From positions 372,001 to 436,000 of the forward strand of contig JAQGDQ010000051.1 in NCBI GenBank assembly GCA_030141605.1: DNA of 64,000 nt, given 5' to 3'. Under the pieces are notes generated by a model. It was not told the DNA's origin. It worked only from the letters and a program-made list of their open reading frames with translations, and made no database searches. The position numbers and the translations under genes are program-made. Source of the stretch: Tubiluchus corallicola. Taxonomy: Eukaryota > Animalia > Priapulida. Shown here piece by piece: positions 62,141 through 64,000 of the stretch (position 1 is its first letter; each line of letters opens with the position of its first letter).

Positions 62141-62440
62141 CGCAGCCATTTTGAGTCATTTGAAACAGGTTTAGATAACAATGAGTAAAGTTTTAAAAAA
62201 AGAATCAGAGCATTCGTGGCGCAAATTTTAAATTACTGTATCTTGTCAATGAGATTAAAAATAGAATATTTGTTAGCGAGTGGTGCACCATGAAGCGAAG
62301 CCAATTAGCGAAAGCATTCTAAATAATTAATAATTTTCTTTCCTAGTTACACAAGTTTTTCAAGCAGGTAAGCGAAATGCTAAGTAACATAACTTTGGAA
62401 AGCTTTTTGGGACATAGTTTAACATTTGCTTTTCTTCCCC
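62141..62440 (+). repeat. Dispersed repeat family A, copy 3
   Basis: GCAGCCATTTTGAGTCATTTGAAACAGGTTTAGATAACA..ATCAGAGCATT..GAGTGGTGCAC..CAAGCAGGTAAGCG. Confidence 0.75.
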
Positions 62441-62829
62441 TGATAACGCTTGTGTAGGTGACGTTATATAATGGCGCGGTCGGAACAGGGTCGCGGGAAA
62501 TTTAAAATGAAGACAAACAAAAAATCCTTTCAACGCAAGTACGATGTACGCATAAAATTGTTATATAAGTACATAAAATACGCATAAGTAATATAATTGT
62601 TAAATGCGATTTTTCTGAAACCTACTTCCGGTAACCTTTTTCTTGTCCTTTAAAGTAGTAAGAAGCTGTTATCAGCTGTTGGAAGAAGACTTCTTGTCTG
62701 GATTGTTTTTAAAATGCAATTTGCGGATTTGCAATAAATTTTGACAGTAGTAAAATAGGGTAGTATTTTCTGCTATAGCAGTTTGTAATGCTGAAGAAAA
62801 AACAAAAACTGGACGAAAATTTTTTACAA

Positions 62830-63090
62830 ACGAGAAAAAATAATCAGAGCATTAGCAAATGCTCTCTTCACTGACTAAGCAAATGTATAAATTACTTTAT
62901 ACTGTCAGTGAGATCAACAATGTGTTTTTGATGAACCAGTGGTGCACACTGGGAAGGTGAGTCAGTACTGTTTACCAGTTGGCACGAACATTTTTAAATC
63001 ATTAAGAATTTTCAAACAGGTAAGCGTAGTGCTAAGTAATGTAACTATGAGAAGAAAGTTCTTGAGGATATACTTGCTTTTTTCCTTTAA
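62830..63090 (+). repeat. Dispersed repeat family A, copy 4
   Basis: AATCAGAGCATT..AATTACTTTATA.TGTCAGT..GTGGTGCACACTGGGA..CAAACAGGTAAGCG. Confidence 0.72.
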
Positions 63091-63431
63091 ATACGCACAC
63101 GGGGTCAGCAAACGATCTGTATAGGATATATAATTAAATACAATGTAAAATGAAAAAATTAATACAGTTCAGCAAATCAAAAAACAAAGAAGCTTGCCTA
63201 ATCCAATCCAAGTTCGTTGTCGGAAGATAATTGCTTGATAATAGCTTGAGAATGGCTTGGTAATGGTTTAATGATAGTTCAAAGAAACAATACTCAAAAT
63301 CTACTTCGCCTTGGAAAGATTGAGCTGAGAAAACAAGAACATAATAAACCTATATTGTGTCATATCATTTCCAGTGGTGTCGGTGACGATGGCAATGGCA
63401 GTGGTAGTAGTAGTAGTAATAGTTTATAGTT

Positions 63432-63829
63432 AACATTTATAGTTAAAACATCACAACTTTATTAAAACTTTTAATTTACATTTAATTTTATATTAAGAGC
63501 TCTTATTTTTCAGATCCAAACTCACTACGTTATAATAAATACGGTAAATTTCAGTATTTTCTTGTTTAACTTTAAAAATTGAAATTGTCCTACAGTAATT
63601 ACATACACACTTGTGTCAGTAAGGAAATAATTAGGCATGAATGCTTTGTTAAATCACAATTATTTACTTGCCTTAACTCTTATCTATTTTGTCAATAGTG
63701 TTCCTATAATTATAAATAGTCAGTAATTATAAAAACAGTTAAGAGCACGTCTTTAAATACAAATTTTATGCTACTAAAAAACATTTATAGTTAAAACACC
63801 ACAACTTTATTAAAAATTTTAAATTACAT
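63432..63829. repeat. ~50-bp direct repeat pair (63432-63481, 63780-63829)
   Basis: AACATTTATAGTTAAAACA(T/C)CACAACTTTATTAAAA..TTTAA.TTACAT occurs twice. Confidence 0.7.
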
Positions 63830-64000
63830 CAGTGATCATCAGCGATAAATTTTTACAAACACAAAACGAGTTTATATATATTGTTGTACGTTTGTAAAAA
63901 ATTACCACCAACGATGACAGCAGTAGCTCTGTCAAAACGTTTGACATGATTTTTTAACTATGTAATTTAAAATTTTAATAAAGTTGTGTTGTTTTAACTA

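Overview
AT-rich eukaryotic (invertebrate animal-like) genomic DNA with GT-AG introns; no prokaryotic features. Three spliced genes can be reconstructed by hand. (1) ~1157-26730 (+): a large single-pass receptor-like gene whose 5' end lies outside the window. It encodes an Ig domain, a DOMON domain with putative Met/His heme ligands, three Sushi/CCP domains, a TM helix and a ~650-aa tyrosine-motif-rich cytoplasmic tail. (2) 34898-44795 (+): an RNF19-family RBR E3 ubiquitin ligase. (3) 53979-47452 (-): a type II membrane carbohydrate sulfotransferase of the CHST8-14/Sulfotransfer_2 family. Introns and intergenic DNA carry a 2.8-kb 25-bp minisatellite, 22-bp and 37-bp minisatellites, several hAT elements with 8-bp TSDs (one nested in an RTE-like LINE), a Harbinger-like MADF element, Tc1/mariner/pogo-type elements, LINE remnants, SINE-like heads, unnamed dispersed repeats and a decayed BEL/Pao LTR retrotransposon. 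The best novelty candidate is the Ig-DOMON-3xCCP receptor. All exon calls are manual and lack transcript support.
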